The notes: generated by a model not told the origin, from the letters alone. 64,000 nt of DNA from Spirochaetaceae bacterium (GCA_007128315.1 SKXQ01000056.1:74-64073); one strand, 5' to 3'. Counted from the stretch's first letter, positions 47,377-56,600 are shown. Program-made: numbers and translations.

Positions 47377-47849
47377 CCCCGACCTCCCTGTCTGTGTGTG
47401 GTTTCGAAGGGTTCCGGAGGTACGATCTCGCTTTCTCCGCTTACAACAAGGTCCCCGTGCTGATTGCTGCAGGTCAGATCGAGCCATACACGGTTCTTCC
47501 TGCCGTCAATCCGGGTAACCACGAGCCGAGCCTGTATGGTGTCGTTAATAAAGACCGGTTTGTGAAACACGAGGTCCTGCGCCGCGTGGACGGTGCCATT
47601 ACCGGGGTACTGAGTGCCCAGAACTTTTGATACAAGACCCGCGACGAGCATTTGCGGTACCGTCCGGTGGCCGTTGCGGGTCCGTGATGCGAAGACCTTG
47701 TTGACGTGAGTCGGATTGAAATTTCCGACTATGCCGCTGAACTGATAGATGTCGGCTTCCGTCAGCGTCTTCCAGAACGATGCAGTATCTCCGACGTGCA
47801 TCTGGTCTATGGTCAGGCCTATACTGTCTTCAATACTGGTGACCTGCAT
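47373..47849 (-). CDS. MaoC-like hot-dog protein, catalytic Asp replaced (probable non-catalytic partner)
   Basis: FSGIVGNFNPTHVNKVFA has Asn in place of the catalytic Asp. IAHG is replaced by TVPQ. Confidence 0.8.
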   Translation of the reverse strand: MQVTSIEDSIGLTIDQMHVGDTASFWKTLTEADIYQFSGIVGNFNPTHVNKVFASRTRNGHRTVPQMLVAGLVSKVLGTQYPGNGTVHAAQDLVFHKPVFINDTIQARLVVTRIDGRKNRVWLDLTCSNQHGDLVVSGESEIVPPEPFETTHRQGGRG

Positions 47850-47851
47850 AA

Positions 47852-48622
47852 TCAGACTCCAATTGAGCTGAAACCGCCGTCCACATGGTAGACGTAGCCG
47901 CTCAGTGCTTTTGCGTCGTCGCTGACCAGGAACGCAGCCAGCGCTCCCACATCAGCGCTTGTGATCGTGCTGTAGTGTGCAACGCGGCTCTCCGCCGCCT
48001 GAATGAGGTCGTCAAAATCTTTCAGACCGCTGGCTGCCCGCGTTCGAAGCGGTCCCGGCGACAGGCAGTTCACGCGGATGCGCGCATCCGCGAGCTCTGC
48101 GGCGAGGTAACGGCTGCTGCATTCGAGCGCGGCCTTCGCCGGACCCATGACGCCGTAGTTTTTCACAACTTTCTCCGCACCGAAGTAGGACATGCTCAGG
48201 ATGCTGCCACCGTTCTTCATGAGCGGTTCGGCAAGTCGCGTCATTCGAAGCAGGGAGTGGCAGGAAACGTCCATGGCCTGCAGGAAACCCTCCAGAGAAC
48301 AATCGGTGAGGCGGCCGTGCAGGTCCGACAGCGGTGCGAAGGCGATCGAGTGTACGAGAAAATCAAGCGCACCCCAGGTCTCCGATATCGTGTTGAAGAC
48401 TGCTTCGAGTTCACCGTCGTTCTGCACGTTGCAGGGAACGACTATCGGTGCATCGAGACCCTCCGCGAGCGGTCGGACGTATTTCTCCGCCTTTTCGTTG
48501 AGATAGGTCACCGCCAGCTTTGCCCCGTCGTTACAGAAGGCTTTCGCACAACCGTAGGCAATGCTGTTTTCATTCGCTATCCCGATAACGAGGCCTTTCT
48601 TTCCGGTAAGTCTGTCGTTCAT
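47852..48622 (-). CDS. fabI: Enoyl-ACP reductase FabI
   Basis: LTGKKGLVIGIANENSIAYGCAKAF and YGVMGPAK (Yx6K). GGGAGG RBS upstream of the ATG at 48622. Confidence 0.9.
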   Translation of the reverse strand: MNDRLTGKKGLVIGIANENSIAYGCAKAFCNDGAKLAVTYLNEKAEKYVRPLAEGLDAPIVVPCNVQNDGELEAVFNTISETWGALDFLVHSIAFAPLSDLHGRLTDCSLEGFLQAMDVSCHSLLRMTRLAEPLMKNGGSILSMSYFGAEKVVKNYGVMGPAKAALECSSRYLAAELADARIRVNCLSPGPLRTRAASGLKDFDDLIQAAESRVAHYSTITSADVGALAAFLVSDDAKALSGYVYHVDGGFSSIGV

Positions 48623-48668
48623 GGTTCCTCCCGTCACCAATCATTTAGATGAGAGGCGATTCACTCAT

Positions 48669-48680
48669 CATAAATTTATG
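48669..48680. promoter_or_regulatory. Perfect 12-nt AT-rich palindrome in the divergent fabI / phosphatidyltransferase intergenic region
   Basis: CATAAATTTATG is self-complementary. It lies 47 nt upstream of the fabI start in a 170-nt AT-rich spacer. Confidence 0.25.
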
Positions 48681-48791
48681 TGAAGCGGATCACAAGCCTC
48701 AAAAGCCTCGTGCATGTGAAATTTTTCTTGTGTGGTCGAGAGAGTAGCCCGTACTATAAGGCGTTGTTTTATGTGTATTGGAGGTATATAT

Positions 48792-49397
48792 ATGGATGTC
48801 TCGAAGCGGGTTCTGACTGTTCCGAATGTGCTTTCTCTCTTCAGGCTTGTTGGAGTGCCTTTGCTCTATCCGCTTGCCTACCGCGACGACCCTACGCTGT
48901 TTCTTCTCTGGTTCATCCTGCTCGGGCTGACGGACTTTATCGATGGTAAACTCGCCCGCGCGTGGAATCAGACAACCGTCCTTGGCTCATTTCTGGACTC
49001 GATCGCCGATCTCGCGTATTACCTCTCGGCGGCCTATTTCATGATCGTGCTGTTTCCGCACTTCATCACACCGAATATGCCCTTCCTGATCGGCTTTTTT
49101 ATCATCCTTGCCGGCTCCATGGTCATTCCGTTCGTAAAGTTCGGAAAGGTGATCTTTCTTCATACCAACCTTACCAGGTTGAACGGGGTTCTCGTCTTCC
49201 TGCTGGTGTGTGGTTCGTTCCTTTTTGATACCACGCTCATGATCACCGGGATTCTTGGTATCTACTACATAGCGTACTTTGAAATCTATCTGATCTTTCT
49301 GAAGTACGGCGAAGTCGATCGTGATACACGCTCGATTTTTATGGCCAACGCGGCGCGAAACAACAGGACTGCCGACTCCGTGAAACCCGCTACGTGA
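48792..49397 (+). CDS. CDP-alcohol phosphatidyltransferase family protein
   Basis: DFIDGKLARAWNQTTVLGSFLDSIAD matches DGx2ARx8Gx3Dx3D exactly. 201 aa, multi-TM. Confidence 0.85.
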   Translation: MDVSKRVLTVPNVLSLFRLVGVPLLYPLAYRDDPTLFLLWFILLGLTDFIDGKLARAWNQTTVLGSFLDSIADLAYYLSAAYFMIVLFPHFITPNMPFLIGFFIILAGSMVIPFVKFGKVIFLHTNLTRLNGVLVFLLVCGSFLFDTTLMITGILGIYYIAYFEIYLIFLKYGEVDRDTRSIFMANAARNNRTADSVKPAT

Positions 49398-50364
49398 GGC
49401 GGGTTTCCGCGTCGCGACTTGCTTCATCGATACGGGCGATCTCAGACGGAGTCAGGACGATCGCGAGCGTCCCGGCATTCGCCTCAGCCTGAGAGACAGA
49501 GCTCGCACCCGGGATCGCGACCACCGTCTCACCATGCCGCTGTACGGTCCACGCGATTGCCGTCTGAGCAGCCGTCGCCGAGTGGCCGGCACCGATATCA
49601 CGCAGCGTCTCAATCAGTTTTCGCGTTGCGGCAAGCCCCTGAGGCTTGAAGCGGCGCATCCACTTCCGCGGACCGGTAGTGCCCCTGATGTCCTGCTCTC
49701 CGTGGTACTTGCCGGTGAGCAGCCCCTGCGAGAGCGGAGAGTACGCGATAATCGTGATGCCGAGCTCTTTTGCCGTCTCGAGAACTCCGTTTCTCTCTAT
49801 AGTCCTGTCGAGCAGACTGTAGCGAACCTGGTTCGACGCCAGCGGCACACCGGACGCGGCCATCGTCGCGTGTGCAGTCCGCATCGCCTTCGCCGAGAAA
49901 TTACTGACACCCACTGCCCGGACCTTTCCGGCTCGAACGAGCTCAGCCATTGCTTTGGCCTGGTTCTTCACCGACGAGAGGCTGAACGGCTGGTGTATCT
50001 GATGGAGATCGACAGGGTATCCACCGAGGCACCGTTCCCGTTCCGGAAATGTCGTAGCAATCGAGGAGGCGAAACGCAACGCAGGCCACCATTTGTCGGC
50101 GATAACGACTGAGTCTGTTTCGACGTTGAGCTCTTTGAGTGCGGCAGCGAGTGCCCGCTCTGAAGCACCTCTGCCGTAGATTTCGGCGGTATCGAACCAG
50201 TTAATGCCGCCGTCGATGGATACACGAACGATCTCCGACATGACCTCGGCCGGTAGTGCGGGCCAGAACTTACCGACCATACCCTTGCCCTGCGAGAACT
50301 GCCAGCATCCGAGCCCGACAGGTGTAATGTGAACTTCAGTTTTTCCGAGCGTATACGTCTTCAT
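49390..50364 (-). CDS. Aldo/keto reductase
   Basis: LGKTEVHITPVGLGCWQF, FDTAEIYG and DLHQIH. 8-nt convergent overlap with the previous gene. Confidence 0.9.
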   Translation of the reverse strand: MKTYTLGKTEVHITPVGLGCWQFSQGKGMVGKFWPALPAEVMSEIVRVSIDGGINWFDTAEIYGRGASERALAAALKELNVETDSVVIADKWWPALRFASSIATTFPERERCLGGYPVDLHQIHQPFSLSSVKNQAKAMAELVRAGKVRAVGVSNFSAKAMRTAHATMAASGVPLASNQVRYSLLDRTIERNGVLETAKELGITIIAYSPLSQGLLTGKYHGEQDIRGTTGPRKWMRRFKPQGLAATRKLIETLRDIGAGHSATAAQTAIAWTVQRHGETVVAIPGASSVSQAEANAGTLAIVLTPSEIARIDEASRDAETRLT

Positions 50365-50408
50365 TCGTGGAATATACGGTCAACGAACCGGAAACAGGCA
50401 AATTTCGG

Positions 50409-51482
50409 TCACTCCGGCCGGAGGATTCGTCTCATGCGCCAGGTTTTTACGCCCTTGAAACTGTCGTGTGGCACAAAACAGTGCCGGAAACCCTCCGGAC
50501 AGCGACTGAGGATGGGTTCGGTCGCGATAAACTCACCCGGTCCGGCGTGCATGCTGCCCAGGTGAAAGAGATAGTTGATGGTATCGGAAACGAGCGTTTC
50601 CCGCCGCCCGCCCTGCTGAAACACGATATTTCCGACGTGCAGGGCAAGCCGGTACTGTTCGGTCAGGTAGTTCGTCCGGGTCTCCGCCTGCCAGAACATG
50701 CCGCGGAGTGCGAGTTGTATAGTGCCCGTTACCGCATCGCTGTTCACACCATCGAAAGGAAAGAGCACGACTCCGGCCTGTTCCTTCCAGAACCAGAGTT
50801 TTCCGTTGTACGGAGACGAAGCCTCACTGACGGCGCTGCGAAATGCTTCTATGGAATCGCGTACAAGCTCCGGTCGGGTGTCTTTTCGCACCGCGTCATC
50901 AAGATCGATGCCCACGTACAGGAGACCGAATGTATACTCTTCTCCCTCACATACTCCGGACCAGTCCCGCGATGACGGAATGAGCCGTGGAATCGCACGT
51001 GCGATCGAGGGAAAGTCCGGCGGTATGTCGCTTCGCGAGCGTGTACCGGTCTTCTTCGTTCGTTCTTCGTAGCCTTTGTGCCCGGATTCCTCTGATATTT
51101 CGGGTTGGTGATGAACCTGGTGGTGATAGCGAAGCGCTGCTTCGACACGGGATGGTTTCAGACCCTCGTCACAAAGGTGGGCGTTCAGATAGTCGCAGAC
51201 ACCGTCAAAGTACAGTCTGCCGACGTCGTCGATTTCATTGTCAATGTCAATAACCGCGATAGCTCCGCTGCCGGACCCGGCGAGCCGCTTCAGAAGCCGT
51301 GAACAGTCGCGAGCCGGCAGTTCGCGCACATCAAGATAGAGCATATCCGCCGAGTGGCCTGATTTTACCCAGGTTCTGATGTCGTCGTGGTGCATGTACT
51401 CGAGCGTAACCGTGCCCTTACGATCGACAGAGCGAAAAATGTCTCTGGTTGATTCATCGGGAGCGAATACGACAATCCGCAT
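50409..51482 (-). CDS. Receiver-like domain fused to a degenerate class III nucleotidyl-cyclase homology domain (C2-like)
   Basis: N-terminal MRIVVFAPDES...MLYLDVRELP is REC-like with an incomplete acidic pocket. In the C-terminus, FGLLYVGIDLDD keeps the first metal Asp. WKEQAGVVLF keeps Lys but has Gly for the second metal Asp. SDTINYLFHL keeps Asn and has Arg to His. All alignments are by eye. Confidence 0.55.
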   Translation of the reverse strand: MRIVVFAPDESTRDIFRSVDRKGTVTLEYMHHDDIRTWVKSGHSADMLYLDVRELPARDCSRLLKRLAGSGSGAIAVIDIDNEIDDVGRLYFDGVCDYLNAHLCDEGLKPSRVEAALRYHHQVHHQPEISEESGHKGYEERTKKTGTRSRSDIPPDFPSIARAIPRLIPSSRDWSGVCEGEEYTFGLLYVGIDLDDAVRKDTRPELVRDSIEAFRSAVSEASSPYNGKLWFWKEQAGVVLFPFDGVNSDAVTGTIQLALRGMFWQAETRTNYLTEQYRLALHVGNIVFQQGGRRETLVSDTINYLFHLGSMHAGPGEFIATEPILSRCPEGFRHCFVPHDSFKGVKTWRMRRILRPE

Positions 51483-51484
51483 AG

Positions 51485-52504
51485 TCAGGCACCCAGCCTC
51501 AGCGTGTACTGATACAAGGGCATGCTTTCGTGGCTCTCAACGGGTGCGAGCCAGCGCGCGAGGGCGTTGTTGAGGCCGGTGTAGACCATCTCGCTCAGGC
51601 ATACCGCCTGCGGGGCGCAGTAGCGCGACTCGATGTCGACAAGTGTTGTCATGGTGGGCCCCTTGATCCGCTCGAAGTGCTGATGGTATTCGATTGGCCC
51701 TTGATGAATCGCACAGCGGACCTGCAGATCGCTGTCCAGGCGGCATGACAGTGCATTATAGAAGAACAGCTGATGAATCAGTTCGAAGCCGCACAGGGTC
51801 GCCGCAAGCTGTGTGTCACCACCGTAGAATGCAGCCGTTGCTCCGTCCCCCTCCCAGTTCCAGACCCTGCCGTTTCGCTCTTCGATGATTTCGCGGAACA
51901 TCTTTCGCAGATCGCCGTAGGTGCGCTGGATCACATCGTCCGGATATTCCCGAACGAGGGTGGAGTTGCCAACGACATCTATCCTGAGCAGGGTCAGAAG
52001 ACAGGTTGAACCATCCTCCAGAACTCCCCAGTTCCGGGTCCGGGTCCGCTGTGAGTCTTCGAAGAACGTACAGCTGCTCCACTCGAACTGATAGCCGAGC
52101 TCTTCTATGGCGAGGATCAATGTCTGGAGTTCGGCTATCCGGTAGGGTCTTCCCGCAAGGCCTGCCCGTGAGATATGGGCCAGTATCTGTACCAGCTCGA
52201 CGAGTCTGTTCCATTCCAGCAGATCCGTAACGATCTGCTTAGCCGCATCCCGTCCGGGAATCGGCATGCTTTCGGGGAACCCGGTTCGTTCGTGTAAATC
52301 GTAATCCCGGACCAAGAGACGTACGACCTGGTTCATTGTGTGAACATCAAAGCTTGCTGCCAGTGCACGTACCACGAGGTTTCGGGTTCTGCTTGAGACC
52401 CTCACGCGCGAGAGCCTACCATTTTTCTTATGGGTAGGAACAGATTTTTCCGGCAAAATCCTGAGACCCCTTCGAACCCTGTTTACCACCGTGGTGATGG
52501 ACAT
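51485..52504 (-). CDS. Class III nucleotidyl-cyclase homology domain protein with unknown helical N-terminal domain (C1-like)
   Basis: LLRIDVVGNST and WEGDGATAAF show both metal-binding Asp present. Lys is replaced by Asn, and LVDIESR has Asn to Asp with Arg kept. The stop lies 2 nt before the next start. Confidence 0.6.
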   Translation of the reverse strand: MSITTVVNRVRRGLRILPEKSVPTHKKNGRLSRVRVSSRTRNLVVRALAASFDVHTMNQVVRLLVRDYDLHERTGFPESMPIPGRDAAKQIVTDLLEWNRLVELVQILAHISRAGLAGRPYRIAELQTLILAIEELGYQFEWSSCTFFEDSQRTRTRNWGVLEDGSTCLLTLLRIDVVGNSTLVREYPDDVIQRTYGDLRKMFREIIEERNGRVWNWEGDGATAAFYGGDTQLAATLCGFELIHQLFFYNALSCRLDSDLQVRCAIHQGPIEYHQHFERIKGPTMTTLVDIESRYCAPQAVCLSEMVYTGLNNALARWLAPVESHESMPLYQYTLRLGA

Positions 52505-52586
52505 GATGCAGATTAACGATAGTTGAACTAACGTTCAGGAAACCTTCACTCCAGCTCAACTGGTGCATATCTTATGCTGCATCATG
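52502..52586. promoter_or_regulatory. Divergent promoter region bounded by a 10-nt inverted repeat that includes both start codons; internal TGAAC-n4-GTTCA
   Basis: CATGATGCAG (52502-52511) and CTGCATCATG (52577-52586) are exact reverse complements. TGAACTAACGTTCA lies at 52524-52537. Confidence 0.3.
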
Positions 52587-53678
52587 AAAAAAATGAGACG
52601 AAACGGAGGGCTCACAGCCCTTGCTGCACTTGTCGTGCTCGCGGTTGCCGGATGTTCCGCTGAGACGCACGACGAAACCGCAGATGCACAGGCTCCGTCT
52701 GAAATCCGACCGCGCGCAGTCGAGACGATGGAAGTGGTGGAAGGTCGCCTCGGTGGCGAGGTCCGGGTGTCGGGTCTGGTATCGGGAACGCGCGAAGCAG
52801 ACGTCATAGCCGAGACGCAGGGTCGCATTCTCTCGGTGGATTTCGACCTCGGTCAGGTAGTCAGCGAAGGCGATGTTCTCGTTCGTTTTGATGATCGCAC
52901 TGAGCGGCTCGCGATGCAGCAGGCAATGGAGCTGCGTGATGGAGCCCGGCTTGAGCTGGAAGCACTCGAACGTCAGGCCGAACGGGGAACCGTGTCGCGA
53001 GCGGTGCTTACCAGCGCCCGGGCTGCATTACGCGGTGCTGAGGTCGCGTATGAGCAGGCTCTCAGAACCTACGGGAACCGGACCGTCCGGGCACCGATCG
53101 ACGGTCGTGTTGCCAGCCGGGAGGCCGTGATACGCGAAGGCAATTTCGTGACCCAGGGGTCCCGGGTCGCACGTATCGTTGACACGACGCGTCTGCGTCT
53201 GTCCGGCTCTGTCGGCGAGCGCGAAGTCAGGTTTCTGCAGGAGGGACAGGAAGCCCTCGTAAACGTGACCGCCTGGGGCGCGAATCGACTCGAAGCCCGA
53301 GTGGTGGCCGTAGGAGCCGGAAGCGATGGACAGACCGGAAGCTTCCCGGTCGCCATCGAATGGGAAAACTGCTGCGGTGACATCGTCAGGAGCGGTATGA
53401 GTGCCTCCGCGGTGGTCAGCACCGAAGACATGACGCAGGGCGTTCTCGTACCGACCGCCGCGCTCAGGCGCATTGGTGAGGCAGACTACGTATTCGTCGT
53501 CGAAAACGGCGTGGTCCGGCGCACGAACGTCGACGTCCGCGATCGGTTCGGTCCGCGCGCGGTTGTGACAAACGGCATTTCGGTCGGCGAACACGTTGCG
53601 ATAACAGCAGTGTCCCGTCTCCGCGACGGTGACGCGGTTCAGGCAACGATGGTGGGAACAAGTGAGGATGCGCTGTGA
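52584..53678 (+). CDS. RND efflux periplasmic adaptor (membrane fusion protein)
   Basis: Lipobox LAVAGC. Coiled-coil hairpin and barrel-sandwich strings (VRAPIDGRV). GTGA overlap with the RND gene. Confidence 0.85.
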   Translation: MKKMRRNGGLTALAALVVLAVAGCSAETHDETADAQAPSEIRPRAVETMEVVEGRLGGEVRVSGLVSGTREADVIAETQGRILSVDFDLGQVVSEGDVLVRFDDRTERLAMQQAMELRDGARLELEALERQAERGTVSRAVLTSARAALRGAEVAYEQALRTYGNRTVRAPIDGRVASREAVIREGNFVTQGSRVARIVDTTRLRLSGSVGEREVRFLQEGQEALVNVTAWGANRLEARVVAVGAGSDGQTGSFPVAIEWENCCGDIVRSGMSASAVVSTEDMTQGVLVPTAALRRIGEADYVFVVENGVVRRTNVDVRDRFGPRAVVTNGISVGEHVAITAVSRLRDGDAVQATMVGTSEDAL

Positions 53679-56600
53679 CTATCGGTGATTTTTCGACCCG
53701 TAACACGGTTCTCATAAACATATTTACGATCCTGCTCCTGGTGCTCGGAACATTCAGTGTGATCCGTCTGCCGCAGGAACAGTTTTCCGAAGTCCCGTTC
53801 TTTTTCATTAACATTACTGTCCCATGGCCCGGCGTTTCGGCCGAAGACATCGAGGAGTCGGTTACGACGGTGATCGAGAACGAAATGGAAGGCGTAGACC
53901 GGCTGAGCCAGTTCAGTTCTGTGACGAGGGACGGCGTGACCACTGTTGTGCTTCAGTTCGATCAGGAGATAAACCGGCAGGCCTTCGACCGCGTCTTTCA
54001 GGATGTCAGAAACCGTTTTGCGACCCTGAATCTTCCCGACGGGATCGGACAGGAACGCATTACCGAGTTCAGTTCGAACGACTTCCTGCCGGTTATCGAA
54101 GTCGTGCTCTTCGGTGACGTCGGCTATGAGGCGCTCAATCGCACCGCCGAGCGTCTCTCTGACAGACTCACGACGATACGGGACGTATCCGGGGTGGACA
54201 TCGTCGGCGCTCGCGAACGCACCTTCTTTATCGAAGCGGATCCTGTCCGGCTCGAGTCCTTCGGTGTCACCGTGGAGCAGCTTGTCGGAGCGGTGCAGGC
54301 ACGGAACACCACAACCCCCGGAGGAAACCTCCGGACACCGACACGGCAGTTTCTGCTTCGCACCGTCGGGGACGTGTCGAACGCGGCCGAACTGGAGTCC
54401 GTCGTCGTGCGCTCGGTTGCCAATGGAGCCGGAGCAGCGGGTGGTGTGCCCGGCGGTCTGACCGGATCCGGGCTCGTACGGGTCCAGGACGTGGCGACGG
54501 TTTTTGAAGGCTACGACGAGGACGGTGTTCGCGCACGGTTCAACGGTCAGGAAAGCATCACGCTTCGAATTGCCAAGGTGCCCGGCGGATCGAGTGTCAG
54601 CATCGCCGAAGAGGCGGAACGGCGCATCGGAAACCTGCGGGGCAGCGTCATTCCCGAGGGGGTGGAAGTCGCGTTCGTGAACGACTCAACCGTGCAGATC
54701 CGGGACTCGATCGACGTTCTGGTATCAAACGCGGTACTCGGCCTCGTGCTTCTGGTGGCGATTCTTCTGGTCTTTGTCGGTGTGCGTAACGCCCTCATGA
54801 CCGCACTCGGCATACCGGTAACATTTGCGATTACCTTTATCATACTCGAATCTCTGGGGGAAACCCTCAACAGCAACACGCTGTTCGGGCTTGTTCTCGT
54901 GCTTGGTCTCATCGTCGACCACGCGATCGTGATCGTTGAGAACAGCTATCGCCTGCAGTCACAGGGCCTCAGTCGACGAGAAGCTGCCATAAAGGGGGTA
55001 AATCAGGTCGTCATTCCGGTCTGGGCTGCAACTGCTACCACCGTCGCCGCATTCCTGCCCCTCGCATTTCTGCCCGGGATCATTGGTCGCTTCCTCCGGG
55101 TCGTACCGATCACCGTTGCTATTGCACTGATCGCGAGCACCTTTGAAGCGAGCGTATTCCTTCCTTCGCACTTCGCAGACTGGCCCGGCAGGAGTCGCAA
55201 AAGCCGTATCGGCGGCCGCTTCGAGCGTTTCAAGGATACCTTTCGGGGCTTCCTGACCGCGGTATACCGACGGCGCGTGTTGACGGTGTTCGCCATGCTG
55301 CTCGTCATGATCGGATCGTTCTCCCTGGTCGGATTTATCGGGCAGGACCTGTTTGCCGCCGAGGACGCGAGCCAGTTTTTCATCGACATCGAAATGCCGC
55401 CGGGGACACCAATACAGCGTACCGACGAGGTCGTCCGACGATTTGAGGATCGATTCATGCCGCTCGTCGGACAGGGTGAGTACCGGGCTGTCAATGCCTA
55501 TGTCGGGTTCGCGGCGGGCGAGGCACAGAACCGGTCCGACCCGCGGGTGGGGCAGCTTGTCATTGATCTTCTGGAGGCCGATGAAGGCAGACCCCGCAGC
55601 GTGCTTGCGATTCTGACAGAGGCCGAACAGATGGCCGCCGATATACCAGGTGCCGAGTTCGTGCGCTTCCGGCGGCAGCAGACAGGGCCCCCGGTCGATG
55701 CGCCGCTGGTATACCGGCTTTTCGGTGACAGTTATGAGGAACTGATTCTCGCGACCGAAGCGATCCGTGCCGAACTCATCTCGACCGACGGGGTGTTCGA
55801 TATCCGTGACAACTTCGCGATCTCGACACCGGAACTTCGTATTACCGTCGACGACAACGAGGCTGCCCGTTTCGGTCTGAACCGGCAATCAGTCGGGTTA
55901 TACATCCGAGCCGGGTTTGAAGGCCTGCCCGCAGGACGTGTGTTCACCGATAACCGCGAAACACCGGTCCGTGTACGCTACGCATTCGACGGGACCATGA
56001 CCGCCGAGCGGCTTCTCGATCTTTCGGTTCCGACGAATGACGGGCGACGCGTCCCGCTTTCGACGATCGCGCGGGTGGAGGACGCTGACGCCATCGCGTC
56101 CATACAGCGGCTCAACGGTCGCCGTGAAGTTACGATAGAGGCGGAGGTGCGAGAAGGAGTCGACCTCGGAGCAATCGATGCCCGTATTGTCACGCTCTTT
56201 TCAGAAGAACTCTCCACGGTCGCACCCGGGGTCGAACTCGAGACCGAAGGGCAGTTTGCGGAGTTTCAGAACCTCCTGATTGACATTCTCCGGACCTTCC
56301 TCATCGGCATATTCCTGATCTATATGATTCTGGCTACACAGTTTAAAAGCTACACGCAGCCGGCACTGATCCTGTTCAGCGTTCCCTTTGCCTTCGTCGG
56401 AGTGGTGCTCTTTCTCTTTCTGAGCGGAACTCCGCTGTCTTCCATCGTGATCTACGCGGCTGTTGCGCTTGCAGGTATTGCGGTTAACGACAGCATCGTG
56501 CTGATCAGCTTTATCAACGAACTCAGGGAGCAGGGCTGGGCGACCAGGGACGCGATCATCGAGGCCGCGGCAACGCGTCTGCGGCCGATTCTCCTGACCT

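Noticed and set aside
45953-48652. Plus-strand ORFs 45953..46774 (273 aa) and 47885..48652 (255 aa), which span the PilZ/MaoC and FabI regions.
   Set aside because: They lie opposite well-supported minus-strand genes (PilZ motifs, hydratase-2 motif, FabI Yx6K). 45953..46774 would have to read through two gene boundaries.
50409-52504. Possibility that the cyclase-homology pair is a Pycsar/CBASS-like antiphage signalling system.
   Set aside because: I found no effector gene with a cyclic-nucleotide-binding, TIR, patatin, endonuclease or pore-forming TM module next to it. The neighbours are an aldo/keto reductase and an RND efflux operon. There are no mobile-element or defence-island hallmarks. 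A regulatory heterodimeric cyclase is the more economical reading.
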